NCBI GenBank assembly: GCA_030068145.1
Contig: JAPJBO010001134.1
Coordinates: 1,408 to 65,407 of the forward strand
Reading direction: 5' to 3'
Source of the DNA: Diplonema papillatum
Taxonomy: Eukaryota
DNA length: 64,000 bases
Below, piece by piece: positions 1 to 10,800 of the stretch (positions are counted from its first letter, which is position 1; each line of letters starts with the position of its first letter). The notes beneath the pieces are model-generated. The model saw only the letters and a program-made list of their open reading frames with translations. It made no database searches and had not been told where the DNA came from. A program made the position numbers and the translations under genes.

Positions 1-844
1 GAACCCGATACAAGCTCTATCGCGCACCGTTCGTCCTCAGGGAATGTTGGCCCTTCGTGAACCCGGTTCACTCGCTCGATTCCCCCTGGCAAACACCCGC
101 AGGTGCATCCTTCTGGCAAAAGAAGGATATGCCCCCATTTCCTGAGGTGGGGTGCGCGAGGTCGTTCTCCGTCAAAAAGCATTGAACGAGCTCCATTCGT
201 GCGGCGTTTCAAAAAAAAATCGATGCAGGGATTCCGGTGGGGAATGTTGGATTGCCGTTTTTGAGGCAGACGACTGCCACCCCATGCGCATGCTTCATGC
301 TGGGAGGGGAAGGAAAATGGGCCTAACGCAAGAAAAAAAAAGGGGGTGGGGATTTAAAAAAAAGCCGAAACCGCCGCAGGAGGTAGGTCGCATTCCGGAG
401 TGTCTCTCGGCCGATTCGTCGCGCCGACTGTGCGAAACGCTTTCCGACGGTACCGCACACTGTCTGCTTCTGATTGAAGCAAAGCAAGGGTGGGCGGTAG
501 GTCAAGCTGCAAAAGCACAGGTCAGGGAGGACGAAGTGCACGGGAGACTACCCGGGCGACGCATGGGAAGCAAAACCAGCATCAAATACAACCGCAGAAT
601 ATTACGAGCTGGGCCCCCCCTCGTTTTGTAGGGGGTCAGTCAGCAGGGGAAAATGCTCCTTTTCTTTCCCATGTGATGTGAATCTTGTCGGCAAGACTCT
701 GTCGGGGCAAAGAAAAGACAACGAAGTCGCCAGCCGTGCGCTCTTATAAAGCCGGCGTGCTATCTTCGTTCACAGGTCTGCTGCTGCAAGCCGTAATGGA
801 TGCTGTTTACGAATGCTCTACTTCCCAACTACTCAACTGCGGCC

Positions 845-3306
845 TTATCCTCAGCAACCACCTTGTTCCGCGCTGGCACCGCTTGACTTCGTCTGTCGGG
901 TGTGTTTGTAAGATATGGTCGGACCGGTATGTGAATTCGTCGAAGTGGACACCACGTTGGGCATGGCCAAGTCGTAAGTACCCTCCCGCATTGTATTGCG
1001 CCGATATCCACGAAGTGTAGGGGACCTGGATTATCAGCCTCCCCGGTTAGCATGTCACTGGTGACACCTGGATGAACCTTCTCCTCTTCATCCAGGGGTC
1101 ACCGGTGGAAGGAATGCATGTCGATCCGCTGGTCAGAGAGGTTCAGAACTGGGGTGAATGCACTAGTTGTGAGTAAGTGGTTGGGATTCGACGCTGGCGG
1201 CAAGCCTCGAGGCTCGAACAAAAGCCGTCCCGAGGAGTCTTGGTGCGGCGAGTACACTTCGTGCGGTTCCTGTGCACGGGGTGCCTCGGGCTTTGTATCT
1301 TTGGACCACGAGTGAGTCGTGCAGCCAGGTGCGCGAGCTTGGAGCCGTTTTGCTTGTTGGCAAACACAGCGAGTGTAACCGTAGGCCGCAAGGTAGGTCA
1401 CTAGGCAGAGCAACACGAGCGAGCTGTTTCATAGTTACGTTTTCTGAGACGCGTGCGAAAGCACGCATCTTTTCTCGTTGGTTACCCTAAATTTGTAGCC
1501 CGCAGCCGGTAATAGTTGTACATGACGAAAACATACGACGGTGAGGGTAGTCATCTGTTCAGCGACGGTTGGATGGATACCGACGGTGTCGTCGAAGTGC
1601 TTCTTGGTAGCGCCGCACTGCATCGCGACGCCGACGCCTTGAAGGATCTCGCCCGCGTTGGGAGACGTGATGTGGAAGCCGACAACACGCTCGGCCTCTG
1701 ATTTGAGGGTGATCATCTTCACGTAGCAGTTCGAGGCATCGCGGTGCGGGACGGTCCACTCCAGCGGGGTGAAGTACGCGTGGTAGATCTCGAGGTTCTC
1801 CTCGCCGAACTTCTTGATGGCGTCCTCCTCCGAGTACCCGCAGACTCCGTATTCAATGGGCGTGAACACAGTCGTCGGCACCATGTTTGAATAGTCCATC
1901 AGGTTTGACTTCTTCCCGTACAACCTGCCAGCTAAATACCTACCCGACTGGATAGCCACCGGGGTAAGCTCAAGCCCCCCTTCGACGATGTCACCAATTG
2001 CGTACACATTTGGCACTGACGTCCTCTCACATGCATCGACCGCAACCTTTCCAGACCGCGACAAGGTGATGCCGATCTCCTGCAGGCCGATGTTGGTGTC
2101 TGCCGTGCGGCCCATCGCGAAGAGCACAGTGTCGCACTCTTCTTTGTGCCCGTTGCTGTAGGTCACCACCTTCTTGCCGCTGGCGAGCTGCTCGACCGAA
2201 GTAGGCGTCACACCGCGGACGACCTTCGTGCCCTCGTGCTCCATCTGCTTGACGATAAGCTCCGCAATCTGCTGGTCGAACCCGCGAAGTGGAATGGACC
2301 GCATCATGACGATAGTCTCGTAGCCCAGCCCGGTAAGGAACCCGGCGCATTCCAAGGCGATGTACGATGCGCCGACGACGACAGTCTTGCCAGGCGCCTG
2401 CTCGAGAGAGAAGATGTCGTCGGAGGTGATGCCGTACTCTTTGGCTCCCGGAATTTCGGGGTACGACGGGCGTCCGCCCGTGGCGACGATGATGCGGCGA
2501 GCCGTGATTGTCTCCTTCGCGCCCTTCTTGTTCGTGCACTCAACGGTGTGGCTGTCGACCAGTCGGCCCAGCGCGTTCTTGTACTTGACGTTGCCGGTTC
2601 GCATTTCGGCGACCGACCCGAAGTTGATCGACTTGATGTGCATCTGGATGTTTTCCCTGACGGTCTCCCACACGGTGGCACCCAGCTTGGCTGTTTCCTC
2701 CGGAGTACCGTATGCTGGAGACAGCTTGACCGTGTCGCGCGTGATGGCGGCCGTGTGGTACAGCTTTTTGGGAATGCACCCAACATTGACGCATGTCCCA
2801 CCGAATCCCCACTTCGTGCCAATCGGAGATGGCTTGACGAAGTCGAGGCAGCAGACTTTCGGTGGCAACCCGGAGTCACCGCCTCCAGGGGTGAGGTACG
2901 AGGCTGCCGCCTTCGAAACAGCCATGCCTCCAGAACCACCACCGATGACGATCAGGTCGAAGTCGTATGAGTGCTCCTCTGGTTCGTCGTCGTCTACGAA
3001 CTTGACCGACTTAGCCTGCGACTCTTCGTAGAGACGCAGGAACTCGAGGACGTCGTCGCAGCCGCCGAGGAACATATCATTTTTGGTGACCAGCGGGCTC
3101 GACTTGTGGGTGTTGTTGTACTTCACGGTCTGCTCCGCAACCCACTTCTGGAACTCCGGCTTGACCATGTCGTTGATCTCAGCCGTGAAGTCGCCCGGGT
3201 ATTTCTGCGCGACTTCTTGGGCGCGCTTGGCGGCTTTTTCGAAAAAGCCGCATCCGGACCAGCCGGTGATCACCAGCTTCACCGGCTTCTTCGCTGCGCC
3301 GCTCAT
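845..3306 (-). CDS. Selenoprotein thioredoxin/glutathione-reductase-like (TGR-type). An N-terminal monothiol glutaredoxin-like domain is fused to an FAD/NAD(P) pyridine-nucleotide disulfide oxidoreductase. Two exons: 3306..1537 and 892..845 (TAA stop at 847..845).
   Basis: The ORF at 1435..3894 contains the GGGSGG FAD motif and the CVNVGC redox site. It also has an IGGCDD-like Grx motif (FLGGCDDVLEFL) and an SGCGFF active site. It has an HPT(V)AE dimer-interface motif, ending ...TTLTV. Directly after that codon the minus strand reads GTATGT, a 5' splice donor. At 892..845 the minus strand reads cag|ACG AAG TCA AGC GGT GCC AGC GCG GAA CAA GGT GGT TGC TGA GGA TAA, which translates to TKSSGASAEQGGCUG*. 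This matches the mammalian TrxR C-terminus TKRSGASILQAGCUG. The ATG at 3306..3304 (MSGAAKKPVKLVITGW...) is the most plausible start; the ORF sequence upstream of it is probably 5' UTR. Confidence 0.8.
851..853 (-). other. In-frame UGA read as selenocysteine, penultimate codon of the GCUG motif
   Basis: The minus strand reads GGT TGC TGA GGA TAA (G C U G stop). This position is diagnostic of Sec-containing animal-type TrxR/TGR. Confidence 0.7.
893..1536 (-). other. Spliceosomal intron (about 644 nt) of the TrxR/TGR gene; donor GTATGT, acceptor CAG
   Basis: The donor GTATGT starts at 1536 on the minus strand. A pyrimidine-rich tract (tcttacaaacacacccgacag) precedes the acceptor. Exon phase is consistent (phase 0 on both sides). 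Confidence 0.65.
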
Positions 3307-5024
3307 CGCGCGAAGCTGCTGGGTCTTGGCACAGCCGAGGAAGGGGTTGTTTCCCCAGTGCAGTGTTGGCGCTCTCGACGCTTTCCCAGCAGAGCCGACG
3401 AACCCGGATTGACCTCGGCTTCGACTCGAAACTGCGAGCGCCGCCCGCCGACCGATGCGCAGCAAGCTGGCCACGCTGACTGCAAACCCACCCTCCTTTA
3501 AATGACCTCTGTGACCCTTTCGTGGTTGTTTTAAAGCTTCGACAAGGGCAAGGGAAAACCGCTCGTAGCATGCAGTGGGTGGGCAACCTGAGCTCTGGAA
3601 CCGACTGCGAGCTTTTTGACAGCAGCAGCAATAGTACGCTAACGGTGCCGCTGGCCAAGCGCCGATAACCGGAAACGGCCTCCGTGATGGCGATGCCGAG
3701 TCCGCGAAGCTCTGACCTGCACCCGGGGGTACCCCAACTGGATAGCCACCGGGGTAAGCGGGAGCACGGCACCCTTCCGCAATAAGAATGTCCGGCCGAC
3801 AACGGTGCCGAACCCGCCCCTGCAAGTGGGGGGCTGGGAGCAGAGACATCGAAAATCGAGAAAACGGTCTCCCTCCCGCGTTTTTAGTTTGCACTCCGAG
3901 AGGAAACGTTCATGCTCGTCGTTGACCCAGCTGGTCTTGCGCTCTGCTGTCCCGCATGCAAGAAAGTGGGCAGAAGGAGAGAAGTGAGTGTGGGGAAGAT
4001 GCAAACGATGCAACTATAGCCCGCGTCCAGAATAGGGACACCGAGACTGAAACGACCGAGAACTGAGGGAGGAATCGCAAAAGGTGGGGGTCAGGGCAAG
4101 GGGCCGAAGCGAGGGTCCCATACCCTTTGTAGAAGGCTAGTACGAAGGCGAAGGAGGGTGAACAAGTACCTTTGGCGCAGCGAGCAGACGAGTGGTGGCA
4201 CCCGCGGCGAACGTGGTACGACAATAGTAGTATAGTGCTGGGCAGCCGCGTACCAACTTTGCCGTTTTCAGAGTGCCGATTTTTCGCACCAAGGCAGGAG
4301 AGGAAATTCATGTTCAGGCAGAAACACTGGCTTTCAGGGAGGTGTGGAGCTAGGCTTTTTACCTGTCGCCGGTCCAGAGGAGTAAATACGTTGGCGGGGG
4401 CTTCACACGTGCGAAAAAAAGGGCCTGAAACAAACGGTACATTTTCAGAATCCCGCGGTGCCTAGTGTGAAGATTCATCCGCAAACGCTTTCTACTAGCA
4501 CCTAGTTGGAATCTTTGGTGTGAGTCGCAGCTTCCTTTTTGCCGGCAGCTGGACAATCTTCGCTCAGGTCTCCGGCGACAGAATAGGCAGCTTGGGAGTG
4601 CGGGGCATGTATCTTCTCTGTATCTCAAATACCCTCGTCCTTTGACGGAAGAGGGGGGAGAAAAACGTCCAGCTAGAGACTTGGGGTTTGAGAGGATTGG
4701 TCTTGTTTTTGCCAGCGAAGCCAATGAGCGCACATATTAAGCGCACAAACGCGCAGCAGAAGGGCGACTCGACGAGGGGACCGCGCCTCGGGGCCGAGAA
4801 GGGCCGGGAGTGTGTAGGGAAGCGAAAACACCAGATTTTATTTGCAGCTACATCAGAACGCGCGGACAATTACACCACAGGTGCGATCGGGCCAGGCTAG
4901 GACGTGTTCTTCGGAGGCCAGGAGCTGGAGAAGGGGCAGGTAGGCAAGTATATGTCAGAGGAAGATGTACTCTTTCGCAATTTGGCAAGAGTGGACACCT
5001 GCCGTCGTGTGTGTCCAAGCTCTC

Positions 5025-5627
5025 TCAGAAGCGGCGGGTCGTTCTCACGACAGCTACGCGTCGTGGGCGCGGCGCGCATACGGATCGACGAGTCCTGACG
5101 ACGGCAACTACTGGTCTCGTCTGGGTCCGGGTCACTGGGCGTACTCTCCGAGTTCTCACGACGGTGACACGAGGTCTCGTGTGTCTCACTGGCACCACAC
5201 GGCGCGTGCGTGTAACAGGAACTACTCTACGTCGTGTAGTGGTGGCTGGTCTCGTCCGGGCAACGGGTGCTACACGGCGTCTTTTAGTCTGTCCAACACG
5301 TCCATCGTGGTTCAGGTCTTTGTGGGTCAACCGCTCTGCGGTGCCGACAACCTTCCGCATGAGGCCGTTCGACTTTTTGTGCGGGGCGCGCCTTCCATAC
5401 GGCACGGCCCCCACGCGGCCGTCGCCGTTCAAATCACGACCTGTCCTTCTTTCGACGTTGCGTACGCCTGCATTGACTTTGCTACCTGTCGTCCTGCGAA
5501 CGGGTGCCCTCGTCGTTGTTGCTGTAGTTGTTCTGTACACTGGTTTCCTTGCGTACCCCACGCGGCCGTCGTGGTTGAGGTCCTTGCCGGTGCGCGTTTC
5601 GAGCTTGCGGACGAGTTTGTTTAACAT
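5025..5627 (-). CDS. Small basic protein, paralog A of a three-member family. It has three TG(K/R)DLN(H/G)DGRVG repeats (dockerin/EF-loop-like DxNxDGxV) followed by an Arg/Thr/Val-rich tail.
   Basis: ORF 5025..5684. The conserved start MLNKLVRKLETRTG is shared with the ORFs at 17665..18312 and 18989..19588. The ATG is at 5627..5625. Confidence 0.5.
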   Translation of the reverse strand: MLNKLVRKLETRTGKDLNHDGRVGYARKPVYRTTTATTTRAPVRRTTGSKVNAGVRNVERRTGRDLNGDGRVGAVPYGRRAPHKKSNGLMRKVVGTAERLTHKDLNHDGRVGQTKRRRVAPVARTRPATTTRRRVVPVTRTRRVVPVRHTRPRVTVVRTRRVRPVTRTQTRPVVAVVRTRRSVCAPRPRRVAVVRTTRRF

Positions 5628-6039
5628 TTTCTGCCCTTCTTTATTTGCTTTTTTTACGGCTACTTTTCGGTGGAGAAAAAACACCTGCGTGTGGCGTCTG
5701 CTAGCAGCATGTGAACTGAACAGAAACAGTTGCTGTTTCTACGGCAGCTTCTGCCGTTCTGATACGAAGAGGTAGGCTCTTGCGAGTTGCGGGGATTGAT
5801 TGTACCTCCCCGAGTCGGCGGCAATTGCTGTGGCAGTGTCGACAGCTGAACGCCGACGGACCGCGCAGTGTGTGGCAAAGGAGGTGACACGCGTTTGTCC
5901 CGGTGATTCTGAACTGTTTCCCCCACGTGTCGCACTAGGAAGGAATGTTTGTGCGAGGGGATGCGCTCGGTGGTCAGTGATGCCGGAAATACGTAAAAAA
6001 TCAGCTGGCATGCCATGCGGCTTAAGAAACGCTCGGAAT

Positions 6040-9000
6040 CAGGTCACGTTTTTTCTTCTTTGCTGTATTGAAAAATAGGGGAAACGTTGGAAAGGGCCGG
6101 ATGGGCCCGAGCGGACAGAACTGTGAACTTGAAAACTTGGGCTAGTCCACCCCATCCTGGTGGTACCTCAGCCACGGGACCACAGAAGCAGCACAAGGCG
6201 ACGCGGGCACAAACTGGCGAGATGCAAGCCTGTTTTCTTGTACGGCAACGGACGACCCAAAAAGCGGGGACTCCTCCAAAAGTCACTTTTCCGCAGTTCA
6301 AGGCCGGTTGGTGTTGAGTGAAGCTGTTCTATGTTCAGAACACGTTCGGAAAGAATTGAGAGTGGACGGAGACAACTGGAGTTTCATTGAAAACACAGGG
6401 GGGAAATCGGTCTAAATCGTTGTCATTTACCCCCCCTGGCTCATTGTCAAGGGTGTAAGAGCCCCAGACTGCCTGTGAACACTGGCAGACCCCATCCCAT
6501 GGACGGTTCCATACACAACTGAATGCGTCCCAGGGGCGGCCCCGGTGGGGGGGGTGTTTTTTCAAGCGTTATTTGTGGATTAGAAGGTCGGTATTTTAAA
6601 GTCTCCGGTTGACCGTAGAGGCTTGGGTATGGCGGGGGGCTTTTTCTTTTCATATAGAGCCCCCGAAAAGGGCGGGTAAGTTTAGGAAGGGGGTAAAAAC
6701 AACGAAATGGACTGATGCACGATTATCCTTTTGGGGGCTACCGTCGATGCCGAGGGACGATCAGTTTGGTCTTGTGACCTTGGTTTGTTGGTGAGATTTT
6801 GATGACGCGCCTCAGTTAAAACAAAAAGGGGAAGAAAGATACACTGCCACCAGCTAGCTCGCTCTCGTTGGCCGGGTGTTCAGCCCACTTCTCAGCCAGG
6901 TCGCCCACTCGGCAGCTTCGTCTCCCGACTCTTGCACTCGCATCCGTTCGCAGACGCTCTTCCTTGCAGCTTTGTTGCACCGCAAGGGTTCAGTCAGCAG
7001 ATCTTGCAGGTGGCGGCTCTCTGCCGTAGCGTGGTTTTAGATTTTCTTCATCCATGGGGGCGTACACTTTTTTGGAACAGATCAGGGATTTTTGAATGGC
7101 TTTCAGGTTTCGGCTCAAACCTGTGGGCGGGACAACGCAGTCTATGTGGCTGAGCAGGCGGTGCCACATTCTCCGATGCAAAAAACGTTCACTGCACGGT
7201 CATGCTGGGCTGCAGGTCCAGATGGATCCTCTGACCGTTTGGATTCTCCGCATTCACCGCCAGCAATGCTTCGTACCGAAGAATGAGAGTTTGCTTTGCG
7301 TCAATATTGCGTCGCGATGGATTGACTTTCGAAGAGGGCTTCTCATGCATGAAGTCCCCCAATGTCAGGCGCGGTGCTGGCACTTCGGTCGTTTTTGGGT
7401 GCCGTGATTCCTACCAACCTTCAGCTCTCCTTCATGTGTGTGTAGCCGACTCTGCCCAGTTCATGACTTTCTGGCTAGTCATTTTTCCAAGCCGTCCCAA
7501 GTATTCAATGGGCTCGTGCAAAACTTCGGTGGTTAAGTTCACATAGGCTACACGAATCCCTGTTCAGTCACTGACCGCCAGTTAAGGCCCTTCGATGTAT
7601 GTTTCGTTGCCACATCGTCTATCTGGAATGTTGTACATACGTTTGCGGTGTGTTTTCCCTGGATTTCGGTGTTGCAGTACCGCCCTCTAAGCGCTTTCCC
7701 TTTCCCGAGCTGCTTTTGTACAGCCACGTTGTATATTCAGGTTTCCCAAGTTATTTTCAAGTTGCGCCGCCAACTTGGGTGGCTGCCCTTGTCCACGGAC
7801 GCTACGCACGCGGCAGTTGATGTTCCTGGTGTAGGTGTACTCCGAATCACTGAGCACGGTTGATAAGCTGTGCGTACTCATCTAAGGAGACCACGCGCGT
7901 CCGCGTTGTGTTCAGGCCGTTCACCACCGACACGATGTCATCGTAGGTGTGCGACCACACGTGAACGGGGATCACGCTGTACCCAGCGCTGCTGGTCGGG
8001 TCCATGGCTTGGGAGTTGAGGAGGCCGATCAGCTCCGAAACGTTGTGCTGCCCTTGCCACAGACAGTACCGTGCCCCGAGAAGCCAGCCTTGGTACTCAG
8101 GCGTCGACACGTACGTGTTGTTCCCATTCAGGTTGCTGTAGCCGCTGTACGGGTAGTACAGAACGTGCTGCATGCCCGCACGGAAGTATGGAACCGCAGC
8201 TGCGGCGGCGGTGGCCAGATCGGTGGTGCTGCCCATGACGTTGACAACTGCTATGCCGTCTGCTTTGAGGTTGGAGGCCGATTCATTCGTGAAAATGGTG
8301 GCCCACTTATCGGGCATTTCGTCTATGTAAGTGTAGGTGTCGCCGGACACACTGCCGACGAACGTGTCATTCTGCGTCTTGACGCGCTGGAGGTAGTGGT
8401 AAATGGGCGCCGCTACATCACGCGAGGACACCGACAGCGTCCACCCGACCGGAACGGCACCTCTCCGCGGGCATCCGTACCACTGCGCGCTGGTGGCGAA
8501 CGTGTTGTCGAGCCATTGCAAGTTGTCGCCGTCGGTCATCACAAAAGCGATGACGTGCCGGTTGTCGTCGTCTGCTTGTTGCTGTGCGTGCTGCTGCGCA
8601 CTCGGTTTGGGTTGGACGTGTCGGCGTGAGAACTGAGGTACCGCGCCCATGCCGTAGTTCGTCATCGTCGCCACGTTCAGCGCCCAGTCACTCGCAAGGA
8701 GGCCGTTGCCGCTTTCCGAAAGCGCTGAGACCGTGTCGAACTCGTCGGGTCCGTACCCCAAAGTCACCGCGCCTTTGCCTTCGGCGCTGGTGTATTTCAG
8801 GATCTCGGCCACCATCGACGGGACCGGGCTGAAAGACGGCACGAAGTACACGGGGCACCGACAGAACGCCGCGTAGTCCGCAAGACTCGGCCACGTCGCC
8901 GGTTTCTGCAGAATTGACACGCGCTGTCTAAAAGACGTCAGCGGCGTCGCGGCGTAGAAGGCCTCGTACGTCGCATTCCTCGAGTCACCAGCAGGTTTAT

Positions 9001-10300
9001 ACTGCAGTTGCGTCAACGTATCGCACGCAGTGTCCGCGCACACGACGCAAGGAGAAGATGTTTGAGCACGCAACGCACACTGCATCAAACCGACGCCGAC
9101 TGAATCTGTGCCCATGGTCACCTCCACGAAAGAATTGGCCAAGTTGGCGGCCATGGCCTCCTTCATGACGTTGGCGAAGCTCGACTCGGTCCGGAAGGTG
9201 ACGTTCCAGTACAGCTCGAGCTCCCGCGCCCAGAGGCTCCACCCGGCCTGCCCGTCGGGAGTGTTCGCGGTGAACAGCCACGGCTTCGTCTGGGCCGCCA
9301 CGCCCTGCAGCGAGTGGACGGCCAGCACCTCCCCGGGCGACATGCCGGTGGTGTTCACCAGCAGCAGCTCGGCGGACGCGTTGGGCCCGGCGCTGGCGGC
9401 CGGGAAATAGTACTGCGTCCACTCGTCGGAAGCCGAGGCGAGGCTGGCAACGCAGCAAACCGCTGCGAGACTGGTTCGCATCGCGACCTGAAAGGCGCTC
9501 TGATAATCCCCGAGGCGGCTGCGTGTCTTGCAAAGTGCTGTCCACGCCCGGTTTAGTTTCTCCTTTAGTGTGGTTACCGCGTGTAGCGAGGCTGGTCCGG
9601 ATCCCGTGACTTCGGGAATAGGGTTGGCTTGAGGATTTGAGGATACATGGGTGTTTTCGTTCCTATATGTTGCTTTTCGTCTGAAAGCTTTTGAGTCCAG
9701 CAGTGGTTGCGAGCCCATCGATTGCTTGATCGGGGGTAGGCGACCTCTCACAGTTTCACTGAGGGAGTTGATGCACCACGAAAGTCAATAAGAGGTTGGG
9801 TTAAATGCACAGAATCTGTGGCGATAGTCTGGCGCGGTTATCTCTTTGCACGTGATGTGTCATGCTTTCGCCTCTTTTAGCTCGTCTTGATCGTCGCGCT
9901 CAGGCGCGCGCTTGGTGTCTCGCTTCTTCTTCGACTGCTCGCCCAGGTTCATCGGTTGCGCTTCGATTTCTGCTTCTTCACGGCGCTTGGGCGATGCTGC
10001 GCTTCGACGGGCGCTCCACTCACGCCGTTTTGTTCGGCTCCGACGTAGAGCTCGTTCGCTGCTTCTTCGCTCGCGTCGGTGCCGTCTTTTTGACCCTCGC
10101 CGCTGGTTTCGATGTTGATTCGATAAGAGACCTTCATACAGCCAGCAGGGTGTGGTTGGTTCAAAGAAAAAGTCAAGCTTGACCTCGCCCAAGCTCGTTT
10201 ACATTCCCTTGCGCTGGTGATATCAACGTGTTCTTACTTCTCCCTTTCTTCAAGGCAGTTCTCGCCAGACAATACCGAGCAGAAAACTCCTAGTTTCCTG
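6040..10300. repeat. Segmental duplication unit A (about 4.2 kb), paired with unit B at 13060..17200
   Basis: Long blocks are shared with unit B, with indels in the non-coding parts. Examples: 6070-6560 versus 13090-13880, 7050-7170 versus 14240-14360, the 7847-9751 ORF versus the 14897-16588 ORF, and 9750-10300 versus 16980-17200. Confidence 0.6.
7847..9481 (-). CDS. Secreted, heavily N-glycosylated protein of unknown function, copy A (signal peptide MRTSLAAVCCVASLASASDE)
   Basis: ORF 7847..9751. The real start is probably the M at 9481..9479, which begins a hydrophobic signal peptide. Multiple NxS/T sequons are present. It is about 95% identical to the ORF at 14897..16588. Confidence 0.55.
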   Translation of the reverse strand: MRTSLAAVCCVASLASASDEWTQYYFPAASAGPNASAELLLVNTTGMSPGEVLAVHSLQGVAAQTKPWLFTANTPDGQAGWSLWARELELYWNVTFRTESSFANVMKEAMAANLANSFVEVTMGTDSVGVGLMQCALRAQTSSPCVVCADTACDTLTQLQYKPAGDSRNATYEAFYAATPLTSFRQRVSILQKPATWPSLADYAAFCRCPVYFVPSFSPVPSMVAEILKYTSAEGKGAVTLGYGPDEFDTVSALSESGNGLLASDWALNVATMTNYGMGAVPQFSRRHVQPKPSAQQHAQQQADDDNRHVIAFVMTDGDNLQWLDNTFATSAQWYGCPRRGAVPVGWTLSVSSRDVAAPIYHYLQRVKTQNDTFVGSVSGDTYTYIDEMPDKWATIFTNESASNLKADGIAVVNVMGSTTDLATAAAAAVPYFRAGMQHVLYYPYSGYSNLNGNNTYVSTPEYQGWLLGARYCLWQGQHNVSELIGLLNSQAMDPTSSAGYSVIPVHVWSHTYDDIVSVVNGLNTTRTRVVSLDEYAQLINRAQ

Positions 10301-10603
10301 CCCGATTGCTAGGAACCCAGTGAGGCGCGTTGGCTTGCTTGTTCTGCATGCGCAGATGCAGTGCATACCTATGTAGTCGGCAATTGTGCGAGCGCTGCTG
10401 AATGATTACTTCTCTTACTGCCTGTTCTATCCTAAGCAGTAGCAACGCACCACTCTGCAGCGTTCTTGCACCAGGACGTATGACCCCCATCCGAAAGCAA
10501 AAGAAGAAAAGGAAACGACTTTTGGCCTGACACCTCGAGTCAAATCGTGAAGGAAACGAGGGCAACCCACGCACGAGAATACGACTCGTATGCATTGTAT
10601 ACC

Positions 10604-10648
10604 GGGGGGGTTGCAAGAACGTGCTTGGAATGGGTATGTGCTCAACAC
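10604..10648 (+). repeat. Truncated copy 1 of a roughly 170 bp SINE-like dispersed element (core TTGCAAGAACGTGCTTGGAATGGGTATGTGCTCAACAC)
   Basis: The first 42 bp are identical to copy 2 at 12586. The copy is followed by a G7 run. Confidence 0.5.
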
Positions 10649-10679
10649 AGGGGGGGAGACTGAAATCTAAACGTTAATG

Positions 10680-10800
10680 TTTAGGCAGGGTCTCATGCAT
10701 GCAGGGGGGGTCGGGGAATCGCCCGCCAGTGATGCTAGGATACATAACCGTATCCAGGATAAGTATCCCTATTTCTCCGAAAATGCAAGGATACGTGTTG
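10680..10800. repeat. Left arm of an inverted-repeat pair, rich in GGATAC/GTATCC sub-repeats. The partner is at 12448..12548.
   Basis: The reverse complement of 12448-12548 (cagtgatgctggatacgtgaggatacg...) aligns with 10700-10800 (cagtgatgctaggatacataaccgtatcc...). Confidence 0.45.

Noticed and set aside
215-770. Two hand-folded SECIS candidates in the TrxR 3' UTR, on the minus strand (about 718-770 and about 215-300)
   Set aside because: The first lacks the 3' GA of the quartet. The second has AUGA and a CGAU partner plus an A-rich apical loop, but helix II does not stack directly on the quartet. Neither is convincing without SECISearch. The need for a SECIS is recorded as a finding rather than called as a feature.
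1435-1536. A C-terminal 33 aa of the track ORF after ...TTLTV (VCFRHVQLLPAAGYKF...)
   Set aside because: It begins exactly at a GTATGT splice donor. The conserved TKSSGASAEQGGCUG terminus is found on a downstream mini-exon. These 33 aa are therefore intronic read-through.
2146-2970. Long plus-strand ORFs antisense to real genes: 2146..2970, 4810..5775, 4965..5624, 17672..18370, 18996..19616, 21456..22598, 41933..42667, 44209..44760 and 31911..32510
   Set aside because: They overlap minus-strand genes that have clear homology or conserved paralogs. High GC3 content suppresses stop codons on the opposite strand. The translations are low-complexity Arg/Ala/Gly-rich with no recognisable motifs.
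3307-3894. A 196-aa N-terminal extension of the TrxR ORF (MQTKNAGGRPF...)
   Set aside because: It is low-complexity with no homology. The conserved Grx-like domain begins right after the internal ATG at 3306. This region is probably 5' UTR or promoter.
9482-9751. A 90-aa N-terminal extension on secreted-protein copy A
   Set aside because: Copy B starts directly at the signal peptide (MRTSLAAVCC). The extension in A is not conserved and lacks secretory logic.
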